Shown here: piece by piece, positions 20,626 through 30,313 of the stretch
Layout: every line of letters begins with the position of its first letter
How positions within the stretch are numbered: position 1 is the stretch's first letter
Source: Planctomycetota bacterium
Lineage (GTDB): Bacteria > Planctomycetota > UBA1135 > UBA2386
Assembly (NCBI GenBank): GCA_046290465.1
Contig: JBKAGP010000001.1
Coordinates: forward strand, 4,832,001-4,896,000
Length of the DNA: 64,000 bases
Reading direction: 5' to 3'
Notes under the pieces: model-generated
Told to the model about the DNA's origin: nothing
Databases searched by the model: none
Seen by the model: the letters and a program-made list of their open reading frames with translations, nothing else
Made by a program: the position numbers and the translations under genes

Positions 20626-21954
20626 ATGAACCGAGAAGAAGGCCTGATCGATCGTCCGTCGCCCGCGCGGTTCTTCGTCGACGCGGCGTTCGCTCTGGTC
20701 GCCGGCTGGCTCCTGTATCGATTCTCGTGCGTGCTGGTCGAGCCGAGCCTGATGGTCGGCGGCGGCTTCGAGGTCGACTGGCAGAAGATGTCCGTGGATC
20801 CGTTCGCGCTGCCCGGTCGCTTCCCGCACCGGATCCTGGCGCCGCTGTTGGCGTGGCTGCTCGGCTACGGCGGGGAGGGCTACCTGACGTTCACGCACGG
20901 TCTGCACGTGCTGCTGCTGGCGTCGACGTTCTTCGTGGTCTTGCGGCTGCGCGGTCGCTACCTCGATGCGCTGCTGGTCGGCGCCGTGATCGCGGTGACC
21001 GCGCCGACCCAGATGTACAAGCTGCACTGGAACGGCTACACCGACCCGATCTGCTACACGCTGTTCTTGTGGATGATCGTCGCGGCGCGGCACCCGCACG
21101 TGTTCTGGCCGCTGTTCCTGATCAACCTCACCAACCACGAACTGGCCGGCTTCCTGCTGCCGTGGTTGTTCTTCCTGCGGCGATGCGCGGACCGGCGCTG
21201 GAAGCTCGATCTGGTCTGGATCGCCGCGACCTGCGGCGCCTACGTCGCCTACTACCTGATCGTCAAGTCGAGCGCGCAGCAGCTGTTCAGCGCTGACTAC
21301 TTCCTGGCGCATCCGCTGTTCCCCGGCGGTTCGTTCGCGGTGTGGAACCTCGCGGCCGTTCACCTGGTGACGACCTTCGGCCCGATGCTCGCCGTGCTCG
21401 CGTGGCATCAGCACGGTCGGCCGCTGCCGGGTGAGCGCTGGCACCTGTGGTTAGTGCTGCTCGGCGTGGTGGTCATCTTCTGCATCGCGTTCGACTGGGC
21501 GCGGCACAGCAACCTGCTGATGCTGCCGTTGGTGATCGCGTCGGCGCGCTTCCTGCAGTCGGGCAACGCCTACCGCCTGGTGTTCGCCGGCTTGATCGGG
21601 CTGACGTTGTTCCTGTTCTGGCTGGTGCCGCCGTGGTCGCCGACCGCGTGGCCGACCAACGTCGTCGTCGAGGGCCCGGTGGAATGGCGGCAGGAGTTCA
21701 ACCCGACCAACCATCCCGCCAAGCGCCTGATGATCCAGTCGGGTCTGGTCGTGCCCTATCCGGGCGCGAAGGGGCTGAACATCGGCTTCGGCCCGCTGTC
21801 GTCGGCGCTGCAGGGGTGGCTGCCGGTCGTGTGGCGCACGTTGCTCGTCTGCCACCTGATCGGCGTGGCAATCTGGATCGGCGGATGGCTGCTGACGCGT
21901 CTGCGCCGGTTCGCGCCGCCGCCTCCGAACGGCCACCTGGCCAGCGGTTCGTGA
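20626..21954 (+). CDS. Polytopic membrane protein, possibly a GT-C-like glycosyltransferase
   Basis: About 10 hydrophobic helices; FPHRILAP, YTDP and NHE motifs. Confidence 0.55.
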   Translation: MNREEGLIDRPSPARFFVDAAFALVAGWLLYRFSCVLVEPSLMVGGGFEVDWQKMSVDPFALPGRFPHRILAPLLAWLLGYGGEGYLTFTHGLHVLLLASTFFVVLRLRGRYLDALLVGAVIAVTAPTQMYKLHWNGYTDPICYTLFLWMIVAARHPHVFWPLFLINLTNHELAGFLLPWLFFLRRCADRRWKLDLVWIAATCGAYVAYYLIVKSSAQQLFSADYFLAHPLFPGGSFAVWNLAAVHLVTTFGPMLAVLAWHQHGRPLPGERWHLWLVLLGVVVIFCIAFDWARHSNLLMLPLVIASARFLQSGNAYRLVFAGLIGLTLFLFWLVPPWSPTAWPTNVVVEGPVEWRQEFNPTNHPAKRLMIQSGLVVPYPGAKGLNIGFGPLSSALQGWLPVVWRTLLVCHLIGVAIWIGGWLLTRLRRFAPPPPNGHLASGS

Positions 21955-22039
21955 GTGCTGTCCGCCGCGATCTGGCTGGTCGGTAGGTGGGTGGGGCGTA
22001 GGGTTTTGTCGCGGTGCGGATGTGTCCGATACTGGCGGG

Positions 22040-24097
22040 ATGACCGATGTGATGGCCGGATGGACCTCGGACAACCCGTTCTCGACTCCCAGTGTGCTGC
22101 CGTTCGAGGCTCCGGCGTTCGATCGGATCCGTGAAGAGCACTACCTGCCGGCGTTCCGTGCCGGTATGCAGCGGCACCTCGAGGAGGTGCGCGCGATCGC
22201 CGGCAGCGACGAGGCGCCGACGTTCGCCAACACGGTCGAGGCGATGGAACGGGCCGGCGACGTGCTCGAGCGCACCGCGCGGGTGTTCTTCAACCTGACC
22301 GGTTCGACGACGACCGACGGGCTGCAGAAGATCCAGGCGGAGGTCGCGCCGGAGCTCGCGGCGCACAGCGACTCGATCTGGCTGGACGCGCAGCTGTTCG
22401 CGCGCGTGCAGGAGGTCTACGACCGACGCGACGCGCTGCAGCCGGAGGAGAAGCAGCTGACCGAGCGCTACCACCTGTCGTTCGTCCGTCACGGCGCGCG
22501 ACTCGACGAGGCGCAGCAGCAGCGCATCCGGGAGATCAACGAGCGCAGCTCGCAGCTGACGACCAGGTTTCAGGAGTGCCTGCTCAAGGAGACCCAGGCG
22601 CTCGGCGTGCTCGTCGACGACAAGGCGGAGCTCGCCGGCCTCAGCGACGGCGACGTCTCCGCCGCCGCGGACGCGGCCAAGGCCGCCGGTCACGAGGGCA
22701 AGTACCTGATCACGATCGAGCTGCCGACGTCGCAGGGGATCCTGTCGTCGCTGGCCGATCGCGACACGCGCCGCCGCGTCTACAACGCGTCGATCTCGCG
22801 CTGCAACCGCGACAACGAGCACGACACCAAGGAGATCGCCCGGGAGCTGTGCGCGCTGCGCGCCGAACGCGCCGCGCTGCTCGGCTACGAGACCCACGGT
22901 CACTACGTGCTCGCCGACGAGACTGCCGGCACCCCGGACGCGGTGCGCGAGATGATGGGCAGCATGACCGCGGCGATCGTCGACAAGGCGAAGGCCGAGG
23001 CCGCCGAGCTGCAGAAGCACCTCGACGAACATCTGCCGGGCACGCAGCTCGAGCCGTGGGACTGGGCCTGGGTCGCCGAGCAGGTGCGCCAGGCCCGCTA
23101 CGACCTCGACGAGAACGAGGTGAAGCAGTTCTTCGAGTTCGAGCGGGTCCTGACCGACGGCCTGTTCTTCATGGCCGAGCAGCTCTACGGCGTGACGATG
23201 AAGGAGCGCACCGACCTGCCGGTCTACCACGACGACGTGCGCGTGTTCGAGATGTTCGACGACGCCGGGGAGTCGATCGCGTTGTTCTATGCCGACTACT
23301 ACGCGCGGCCGAGCAAGCGCGGCGGAGCCTGGATGAGCAGCTTCGTCGACCAGTCGACGCTGCACGGCCACAAGCCGGTCGTCGTCAACGTGATGAACAT
23401 CAAGAAGCCGAGCCAGGGTCCGACCCTGATGAGCTTCGACGAGGTCACCACGATGTTCCACGAGTTCGGCCACGGCGTGCACGGCATGTTCAGCCAGGTG
23501 CGCTTCCCGATGCTGTCGGGTACCTCGGTGCCGCGCGACTTCGTCGAGTTTCCGTCGCAGTTCCACGAGGACTTCGCGTTCGACCCGGCAGTGCTGGAGC
23601 GCTGCGCGAAGCACTACCGGACCGGGGACGCGATGCCCGACGAACTGCTGGCCAAGGTCAAGCGCGCCCGCAAGTTCGGCCAGGGCTTCGCGTCGCTCGA
23701 GTACATCGCCGCCGCCTGGCTCGACCTCGCCTGGCACTCGTTGCCGAACGGTACCCAGGTCGACGACGTCGCCGCGTTCGAGCGCCAGGCGCTGCAGGCC
23801 GCGGGTGTGCACATGGAGCTGGTGCCGCCGCGCTACAAGAGCACCTACTTCGCGCACATCTGGCCGGGCGGCTACTCGGCTGGCTACTACGCCTACCTGT
23901 GGAGCGAGGCGCTGGCCGCCGACGGCTTCGCCGGCTGCATGGAGAACGGCGGCATGACGCGCGAGAACGGCCAGCGCTTCCGCGACGCGGTCCTGTGCCG
24001 CGGACTCACCCAGGAACCGCTCGCCCAGTTCCGCTCCTTCCGCGGCCGCGAACTGGACACCACTGCCGTCCTCGAACGCCGCGGCATCGGTTCGTAG
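22040..24097 (+). CDS. dcp: M3 family metallopeptidase (peptidyl-dipeptidase Dcp-like)
   Basis: NPF..P..LPF.AP.FD.I, KRGGAWM, MFHEFGHGVHGM, VPRDFVEFPSQ, GYSAGYYAYLWSE. Confidence 0.92.
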   Translation: MTDVMAGWTSDNPFSTPSVLPFEAPAFDRIREEHYLPAFRAGMQRHLEEVRAIAGSDEAPTFANTVEAMERAGDVLERTARVFFNLTGSTTTDGLQKIQAEVAPELAAHSDSIWLDAQLFARVQEVYDRRDALQPEEKQLTERYHLSFVRHGARLDEAQQQRIREINERSSQLTTRFQECLLKETQALGVLVDDKAELAGLSDGDVSAAADAAKAAGHEGKYLITIELPTSQGILSSLADRDTRRRVYNASISRCNRDNEHDTKEIARELCALRAERAALLGYETHGHYVLADETAGTPDAVREMMGSMTAAIVDKAKAEAAELQKHLDEHLPGTQLEPWDWAWVAEQVRQARYDLDENEVKQFFEFERVLTDGLFFMAEQLYGVTMKERTDLPVYHDDVRVFEMFDDAGESIALFYADYYARPSKRGGAWMSSFVDQSTLHGHKPVVVNVMNIKKPSQGPTLMSFDEVTTMFHEFGHGVHGMFSQVRFPMLSGTSVPRDFVEFPSQFHEDFAFDPAVLERCAKHYRTGDAMPDELLAKVKRARKFGQGFASLEYIAAAWLDLAWHSLPNGTQVDDVAAFERQALQAAGVHMELVPPRYKSTYFAHIWPGGYSAGYYAYLWSEALAADGFAGCMENGGMTRENGQRFRDAVLCRGLTQEPLAQFRSFRGRELDTTAVLERRGIGS

Positions 24098-24167
24098 GCC
24101 CAGTCTCGGTAGGCCCGGTTTCGGTAGGCCCGGTTCCGGTAGTCCCGGTTCCGTAAGTCAGGTTCCG
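24094..24167. repeat. Degenerate 15-bp tandem repeat GTAGGCCCGGTTCCG, about 5 copies
   Basis: Units at 24094, 24109, 24124, 24139 and 24154; the first contains the dcp stop codon. Confidence 0.85.
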
Positions 24168-24211
24168 GGACGAAGCCTCCCGGACCGCCCTGGTCGCGCG
24201 AAGAACGGCCG

Positions 24212-25207
24212 CTACCGGAGCACGTCCCGGTAGGCGAACAGGCTCGGCATGCCGCCAGTGTGCACGAACAGCACGTTCTCGTGCTTGCTGATCGAGCCGT
24301 CGCGGATCATGCCGATCAGGCCGGCGACGATCTTGCCGGTGTAGACGGGGTCGAGCAGGATGCCCTCGCTGCGCGCCATCAGCTGCACGGCCTCGACCAT
24401 CTTGTCATTGGGCACGCTGTACTTGGGCTGCCAGTAGCCGCCGACGCAGTGCACCTTGTCCTCGGGAACGGAGATGCCGAGCTCCAGCAGGTCGCAGACG
24501 GCCTGCGCTTCGCGGCGCACCAGCGGCGCCTGGTCGGCCGGGTCGCGGCTGACGCCGACGCCGGTCAGCGGGATGTCGATGTGGTTGCCCAGAAAGCCCG
24601 CAAGCATGCCGCCGTGCGTGCCCGAACTGCCCGAGCCGACCACGACGCGGTCGATCTGCAGGTCCTGGTCGAACAGCTGCTGCTGCAGTTCCTGCGCGCA
24701 CGCCACGTAGCCGAGGCCGCCCAGCGCATTCGAACCGCCACCGGGAATGATGTAGCCCTTGCGCCCTTCGCTCTCGAGCTGATGCGCGACCTTCTGCATT
24801 GCCGCGCCCATGTCGCTGCCACCGGGCACGACGACGATGTCCTCGACGCCCATCAGCCGGAACAGGAAGTGGTTGCCGTTGGCGTCGTCGTCGTAGCTGC
24901 CCTCGACGCGCTCCTCGATGACGAAGCGGCACTTCAGCCCTTCCTTGATCGCGGCCGACAGCGTGATGCGGCAGTGGTTGGACTGCGGCGCGCCGCAGGT
25001 GATCAGCGTGTCGGCGCCCTGGGCGAGCGCGTCGGCGACCAGGAACTCCAACTTGCGCGTCTTGTTGCCGCCGGGGCTCAGCCCGAGCTGGTCGTCGCGC
25101 TTGATCCAGATCTCGGGCCCGTTCAGCGCCTTGCTGAAGTGTGGCAGGAACTCGATCGGGGTCGGGTGCGAGGTGTAGCGGCGACGCGGGAAGCTCGAGA
25201 GGTCCAT
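24212..25207 (-). CDS. dcyD: D-cysteine desulfhydrase (ACC deaminase/DcyD family, PLP-dependent)
   Basis: IWIKRDD, GGNKTRKLEFL, QSNHCR, IPGGGSN, SGSSGTHGG, LDPVYTGK, HTGG. Confidence 0.85.
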   Translation of the reverse strand: MDLSSFPRRRYTSHPTPIEFLPHFSKALNGPEIWIKRDDQLGLSPGGNKTRKLEFLVADALAQGADTLITCGAPQSNHCRITLSAAIKEGLKCRFVIEERVEGSYDDDANGNHFLFRLMGVEDIVVVPGGSDMGAAMQKVAHQLESEGRKGYIIPGGGSNALGGLGYVACAQELQQQLFDQDLQIDRVVVGSGSSGTHGGMLAGFLGNHIDIPLTGVGVSRDPADQAPLVRREAQAVCDLLELGISVPEDKVHCVGGYWQPKYSVPNDKMVEAVQLMARSEGILLDPVYTGKIVAGLIGMIRDGSISKHENVLFVHTGGMPSLFAYRDVLR

Positions 25208-25281
25208 TGCGACGACAACTTCCGGCGCCGGGGGCCCGCTTGCAAGGCAAACGCGCCGCGTGCGCTACAGTGAGTCGCGCG

Positions 25282-26301
25282 ATGAAGGCCTTCGTGATCG
25301 GGACGATGTGGTGGTTGGGCGTGCCGTGCATCGCGCAAGATCCCGACTATCGCGAGGTCGTGGAGCGCTGGGTCGAGACGGGCGAGCGGCCATCCGGCTA
25401 CACCCCCCGCATGTTGACGACCGCTGCGGTCCGGCTGGTCGAACGCGACGAACTCGCCGCACTCGGGGCGCGCGTCGGCGATGATCCGTCGCAGCAGCCG
25501 GCTGCTCGCCGTCGCGCGACGGAGCTGATGCTGTCCGTGCTCAACGCGCAGGTGTTCGTGGAATGGCAGCAGGACACGCAGGAGGCGGTCGCCAGGGCGG
25601 TGGCACACGCCGCGAACGAGCCGATCCTCGGCGACGCGCTGCGCGGGCGTGCGATTGCCTGCACGGCCTACCTCGTCGGCCGCGACGAGCAGCGCATGTG
25701 GCTGCTCGAGGGCAAGGTCCAGCTCAAGGCGTTCTTGCATCCCAAGCTGCGGCGTTTGCGGCCGCCCAAGGACATCCTCGTGGGGCTGCTGGCGTACTAC
25801 GGCCACCTCGGTCGAGACGCGAAGCCGGCGTTCGACGTGCTGCTCGAGCTGTACGAGAAGGATGCGCTGCCGGAGGCGCGGCGGGACCGTCTGCTCGACG
25901 TGCTGCGCCGCGTCGCGATGGTCTCCGACGAGCAGACCTGCCACCGGCTGTTCGCCGCACTCTGCCGCCGCGTCGCGGACCGCCGGCCGCGGCGGGCCAC
26001 GGCGTTCGTGCAGGCGTGCACCTCGTTGGTCTCCGCGCATCCGGATCTGCTGAAGCGTCCCGAGGCGCGTCGCTACCTGCCCGAGATGATCGCCGCGGTC
26101 GTCCGCCGCGTCGACGAGGGCTACGAATCCTCGACCGACGCCGTGCTGCTCACCTGGTGCCGCGACCTGCGCGCGTTCGTCGACCGGGTCGAGGACCAGA
26201 AGGTGCGAGCGAAGCTGCTGGAACGGGTCCGGGCCGTGGTGCGCCCGATGGCCAAGAGCGACTTCGACACCGTGCGCGTGCTCGCCTCGTACTGGCTCTG
26301 A
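25282..26301 (+). CDS. Hypothetical secreted alpha-helical protein
   Basis: Start MKAFVI at ATG 25282; signal-like N-terminus; Leu/Arg-rich helices. Confidence 0.6.
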   Translation: MKAFVIGTMWWLGVPCIAQDPDYREVVERWVETGERPSGYTPRMLTTAAVRLVERDELAALGARVGDDPSQQPAARRRATELMLSVLNAQVFVEWQQDTQEAVARAVAHAANEPILGDALRGRAIACTAYLVGRDEQRMWLLEGKVQLKAFLHPKLRRLRPPKDILVGLLAYYGHLGRDAKPAFDVLLELYEKDALPEARRDRLLDVLRRVAMVSDEQTCHRLFAALCRRVADRRPRRATAFVQACTSLVSAHPDLLKRPEARRYLPEMIAAVVRRVDEGYESSTDAVLLTWCRDLRAFVDRVEDQKVRAKLLERVRAVVRPMAKSDFDTVRVLASYWL

Positions 26302-26309
26302 CCAACCCG

Positions 26310-26421
26310 CCACCGCATACCGAACCGGGTTCATCCTGCGCCACTTGTCGCGCAAGGCGCGCAGGCGCGCGCGAGGCGCGCGCTAAGTGGCGCAGGATGA
26401 ACCCGGTTCGGTATGCGGTGG
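26310..26421. repeat. Perfect 37-bp inverted repeat with a 38-bp spacer (REP/MITE-like palindrome)
   Basis: CCACCGCATACCGAACCGGGTTCATCCTGCGCCACTT at 26310-26346 and its exact reverse complement at 26385-26421, between convergent genes. Confidence 0.95.
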
Positions 26422-27360
26422 TCAGCGGGGGGTGGCTAGGGCCTTCCAGAGGTCGGTGGGGGAGGCGTCGAGGAGGTCGCCGAGGGGTCGCTTCGGGTTG
26501 GCTCGGGTCCACGCCTCGGCCATCAGCAGGCCGACGTAGTAGCCGCAGCGGTCGGGTGCGCCGGGCACGGCGACGAGGGGTTGCGCCAGGTAGACGAAGC
26601 CGGCGAGGTCCTGGTCCTTGGACGAAGAGCGGCGTTCGGCGAACGCGGCGACGATGGCGTCGCGACGCTGCTCGGCGGCATCCCACGAAGCCTTCGGCCA
26701 GAACATCGCGTCCGGCTTCGACAGGCCGGGCACGAGCTGCAGCGAGACGTAGGTGGCGACGCCTTCGTGCGCGGCGCGGTCCAGCAGCGTCGCGGCGCGC
26801 ATCGGGGCCTGCAGGGTGTGCACCGACTCGTGCACGATCGCCGCCTCGAAGTGGCGGCCGCGCGCCAGCGCCGGCAGGTTCAAGAACACCTTGATCGGCT
26901 CGTCGGGCTTGCCGGATCCCTGCGTGCGCGCGTTGGTCGAACGGCTCCAAGCGTGGAACAGCCAGAAGTCCGGGGCGCGCGGCCGCGTGCGACCCAGCCG
27001 TTCGCAGGTCCGGTGGTAGGCGGCGACGACGTCCTTGCCGACGTCGCGCCCGGCGAAGTGCTTGCGGGCCGCGTCCAGCTCCGCGCGCATCTTGTGCCCG
27101 GTCGTCAGGAAGCGGGCATACACCTCGGGGCTGCCGATCCCGAACAGCCGGTAGAGGCCGCGCTGCCGTTCGACGACGCCCTGGATGCGCGTGCGGTCGT
27201 CGTTGGTCGCGGGCTCGGCGGCCGCGTCGAGCGCGCGCTCGAGGTCGAGGTCGCAGCGATGCAGCGTCGGTTCGGGGCGCTTCGCTCGCTCGGTCTGTCC
27301 CACCGCCACCGCGGAGAGGAGCAGCAGCGCGAGGACGAACGGGACGGGTCGGGCGTGCAT
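26422..27360 (-). CDS. Secreted zinc metalloprotease-like protein (DUF2268-like)
   Basis: Signal peptide; HESVH zinc motif, downstream HEGVA and GYYVG. Confidence 0.7.
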   Translation of the reverse strand: MHARPVPFVLALLLLSAVAVGQTERAKRPEPTLHRCDLDLERALDAAAEPATNDDRTRIQGVVERQRGLYRLFGIGSPEVYARFLTTGHKMRAELDAARKHFAGRDVGKDVVAAYHRTCERLGRTRPRAPDFWLFHAWSRSTNARTQGSGKPDEPIKVFLNLPALARGRHFEAAIVHESVHTLQAPMRAATLLDRAAHEGVATYVSLQLVPGLSKPDAMFWPKASWDAAEQRRDAIVAAFAERRSSSKDQDLAGFVYLAQPLVAVPGAPDRCGYYVGLLMAEAWTRANPKRPLGDLLDASPTDLWKALATPR

Positions 27361-27366
27361 GCTCGA

Positions 27367-27873
27367 TCAGTTGCCGATGGTGCCGTGGCCGGCGCGACCC
27401 CAGGCGACGCCGTTGAGCCCGCCGAGGATGTAGGTCAGCGAGACCGACTGCTGGTAGAAGTCCATGCCGACGAGGCCGACCGCGTTCGGCAGGATCAGGC
27501 TGTTGCTGATCGTCGCGCCGCTGCTCGCCGCGATCGGCATCAGCGCGATCGTGTCGAGCGAGATCCGCAGCTGGCCGCAGCTGCCCGGCGTCGACACCGG
27601 CAACGGCACGCCCTGGAAGGCGGTGTCGGACAATCCGGTCGCAAACAGCCGCAGGTTGCACAGGTAGCCGCAGTCGCCATTCGAGGCCGGCACCTCGACG
27701 GTGAACGTCGTGCCGATGCGCGGCAGGTTGGTCGCGGTATGCGTCACCAACGTGCCGACCGGGCTGCAGCCGACGTTGCCGGCGGCGCCGAAGTAGCTGT
27801 AGGACGCCTGCTGCGCACAGGCGGAAGCGGCGAAGGTGGCCGCGCAGGCGGCGATCAGGAAGGCGCGTTGCAT
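27367..27873 (-). CDS. Small secreted protein made mostly of the shared C-terminal beta domain
   Basis: Signal peptide ACA-Q; SYFGAAG..GC, PRIGTTF.V, LPNAVGLVGMDFYQQ. Confidence 0.7.
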   Translation of the reverse strand: MQRAFLIAACAATFAASACAQQASYSYFGAAGNVGCSPVGTLVTHTATNLPRIGTTFTVEVPASNGDCGYLCNLRLFATGLSDTAFQGVPLPVSTPGSCGQLRISLDTIALMPIAASSGATISNSLILPNAVGLVGMDFYQQSVSLTYILGGLNGVAWGRAGHGTIGN

Positions 27874-28091
27874 GAGAGTCTCGATGTGGGTCGGCGACCG
27901 GCGGGCAGCCTAGCGGGCAAAGCCCCGGTCCGCACGCGTACACGCCGCTTCCGCGATCACGGTCGGCAGCGCGTCCACTACATGGACGCGCTCCTAGACT
28001 AGCACGTCGGCCGGGCTCCGTGGGCGCTACGCCGCCGCGTGCGCGCATGCCCCCGCGACGGCGCGGGCAATGCGCCCGGATCCGTCCCCGC

Positions 28092-30206
28092 TCAGCTCGC
28101 CAGCCTGGCCAGGTCGGCGACGCGGTTCATCAGCGCGTGCAGTTCGCCGAGCAGCGCGTGACGGTTCTTGCGCAGCGCCTCGTCGTCGGCGTTGACCATC
28201 ACCTTGTCGAAGAACGCGTCGACGGGTGCCTTCAGCGCCGCGCAGTCGGCCAGCGCAGCCTCGTAGTCGCCGGCGTCGAACCGGGGGCCGGCCGTCGCCA
28301 CGACCTGCTGCAGCGCCTGGTGCAGCGCCTTCTCCTGGTCGTCCTGCAGCAGCGTCGCGTCGGTCGTGCCGAACGGGCCCTCTTCGCTCTTCTTGAGGAT
28401 GTTGCCGATCCGCTTGTTGGCGGCGGCCAGCGACTCGGCTTCGGGCAGCTTCGAGAACGCGCGCACCGCGCTGAGACGCGCGTGCACGTCGGCGAGCCGC
28501 TGCGGGCGCAGGCTGACGACGGCGTCGATCTCCTGTGGCGTGTAGCCCTGGTCCTTCAGCGAGGTCGCCAGGCGATCGAAGAAGAACTCCTGCAGCTTGC
28601 CGGAGGGGTCTTCGACCTTGTCGCCGAACACCGGCGTCGCCAGTTCGATCAGCTGGTCCAGCTGCAGCGGCAGTTCGCGTTCGACCAGCATGCGGATCGT
28701 GCCGAGCGCGTGGCGGCGCAGCGCGAAGGGGTCCTTGTCGCCGGTCGGCACCTGGCCGATGCCGAACAGGCCGACCAGCGTCTCGAGCTTGTCGGCGAGC
28801 GCGACCGCGACGCCGACCTGGTTGCGCGGCAGTTCGTCTCCGGCGAACCGCGGCTTGTAGTGGTCCTCGATCGCCTCGGCGATCACGTCGGCCTCGCCGT
28901 CGTGGCGCGCGTAGTAGCCGCCCATGACGCCCTGCAGCTCGGGGAACTCGCCGACCATCTCGGTCAGCAGGTCGGCCTTGGCGAGCTGCGCCGCGCGTTC
29001 GCACTGCGTCGCGAGTTCGTCGCCGCCGAGCAGCGCGCCGATCGCCCTGGCGAGCGCGCGCACGCGGTCGATGCGCTCGCCCTGGCTGCCGAGCTGGTTG
29101 TGGTAGACGACCTTCTGCAGGCCCGGAAGGCGCTCTTCGAGCTTCTTCTTCTGGTCGGTCTCGTAGAAGAACTTGGCGTCGGCGAGGCGCGGCCGCACGA
29201 CGCGCTCGTTGCCGCCGATCACGTCGCCGGGGTCGTCGGGGGTGATGTTGCTGACGATCAGGAAGCGGTTGGTCAGCCTGCCGTCCGCGTCGAGCAGCGG
29301 GAAGTACTTCTGGTTGAGCTTCATCGTCAGGATCAGGCACTCCTGCGGCACGCTCAGGAACTCCGGTTCGAACGTGCACAGCAGCACGTTGGGCCGCTCG
29401 ACCAGCGCGGTGACCTCGTCGAGCAGGTCGTCGTCGTCGATCGGCGTCAGCCCTTCGGCCTCGGCCTTCTGCTGCAGCTGGCGCGCGATCTCGGCGCGCC
29501 GCTCCGCGAACGACGCGATCACCGCACCTTCGTCGGCCAGCTGCCGCGCGTAGCCATCGGCGTCGGCGACGGTCAGCACGTCGGCCTTCGACTCGAAGCG
29601 GTGGCCCTGCGTCTGGTTGCCCGAACGGATGCCGAGCGCCTGCACGTCGACGACCTCGCTGCCGTGCAGCGCCGTCAGCCGGTGCGCCGGCCGCACGAAC
29701 TTGACGTTGCTCCAGCCGTCCTGCTGCTGGTAGGTCATGACCTTGGGGATCGGCAGCTTGTCGATCGTCAGGTCCAGCGCCTGCTGCAGGCCTTGCTGCA
29801 GGTCGGCGCCCGGTTCGACGCGGTCGAGCCACAGCGCGTCGTTCTTGCCGTCGGACTTCTGCTTCAGGGTCGGCACCACCGCGTCGATCTGGTCGTCCGC
29901 GATGCCCATGCCCGCGAGCTTCTTCTTGAGTGGCATGGTCGCCTTGCCGTCGCCGTCGAGGCCGACCTTGACCGGCACCAGCTTGACCTCGACCTGCCGA
30001 TCTTCGGCGCGCGCGGCGACCGCTTCGACGTGCACGGCGAGGCGCCGCGGCGTCGCGTAGGTGGTCGCGCCACCGCCCGCGGCACAGAGGCCCTGCTCGC
30101 GCAGGCTGTCGACCAACACCGAACCGAACGCCGCCCCGAGCTTCTTCAGGGACTTCGGCGGCAGCTCTTCGACGAACAGTTCGACCAGCAGGCTCTTGGT
30201 GCTCAT
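28092..30206 (-). CDS. glyS: Glycine--tRNA ligase beta subunit
   Basis: LLVELFVEELPPK, TPRRLAV, FVRPAH, RPRLADAKFF, KADLLTEMVGEFPELQGVMG, DPFALRRHALG, FFDKVMVN. Confidence 0.97.
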   Translation of the reverse strand: MSTKSLLVELFVEELPPKSLKKLGAAFGSVLVDSLREQGLCAAGGGATTYATPRRLAVHVEAVAARAEDRQVEVKLVPVKVGLDGDGKATMPLKKKLAGMGIADDQIDAVVPTLKQKSDGKNDALWLDRVEPGADLQQGLQQALDLTIDKLPIPKVMTYQQQDGWSNVKFVRPAHRLTALHGSEVVDVQALGIRSGNQTQGHRFESKADVLTVADADGYARQLADEGAVIASFAERRAEIARQLQQKAEAEGLTPIDDDDLLDEVTALVERPNVLLCTFEPEFLSVPQECLILTMKLNQKYFPLLDADGRLTNRFLIVSNITPDDPGDVIGGNERVVRPRLADAKFFYETDQKKKLEERLPGLQKVVYHNQLGSQGERIDRVRALARAIGALLGGDELATQCERAAQLAKADLLTEMVGEFPELQGVMGGYYARHDGEADVIAEAIEDHYKPRFAGDELPRNQVGVAVALADKLETLVGLFGIGQVPTGDKDPFALRRHALGTIRMLVERELPLQLDQLIELATPVFGDKVEDPSGKLQEFFFDRLATSLKDQGYTPQEIDAVVSLRPQRLADVHARLSAVRAFSKLPEAESLAAANKRIGNILKKSEEGPFGTTDATLLQDDQEKALHQALQQVVATAGPRFDAGDYEAALADCAALKAPVDAFFDKVMVNADDEALRKNRHALLGELHALMNRVADLARLAS

Positions 30207-30213
30207 TTTGCGC

Positions 30214-30225
30214 CGAAGATCCTAG
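30214..30225 (-). promoter_or_regulatory. CTAGGATCTTCG motif containing a -10-like TAGGAT, upstream of glyS
   Basis: An identical 12-mer lies upstream of glyQ (48211-48222). Confidence 0.55.
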
Positions 30226-30313
30226 CCCGCATCGCGCGCCAGCAACACGCCGGAACGCCGACGAACGGCGAGAACGACCAGACGGCGGGAGTGCGCCCGA
30301 TGCCACCGCGCGA

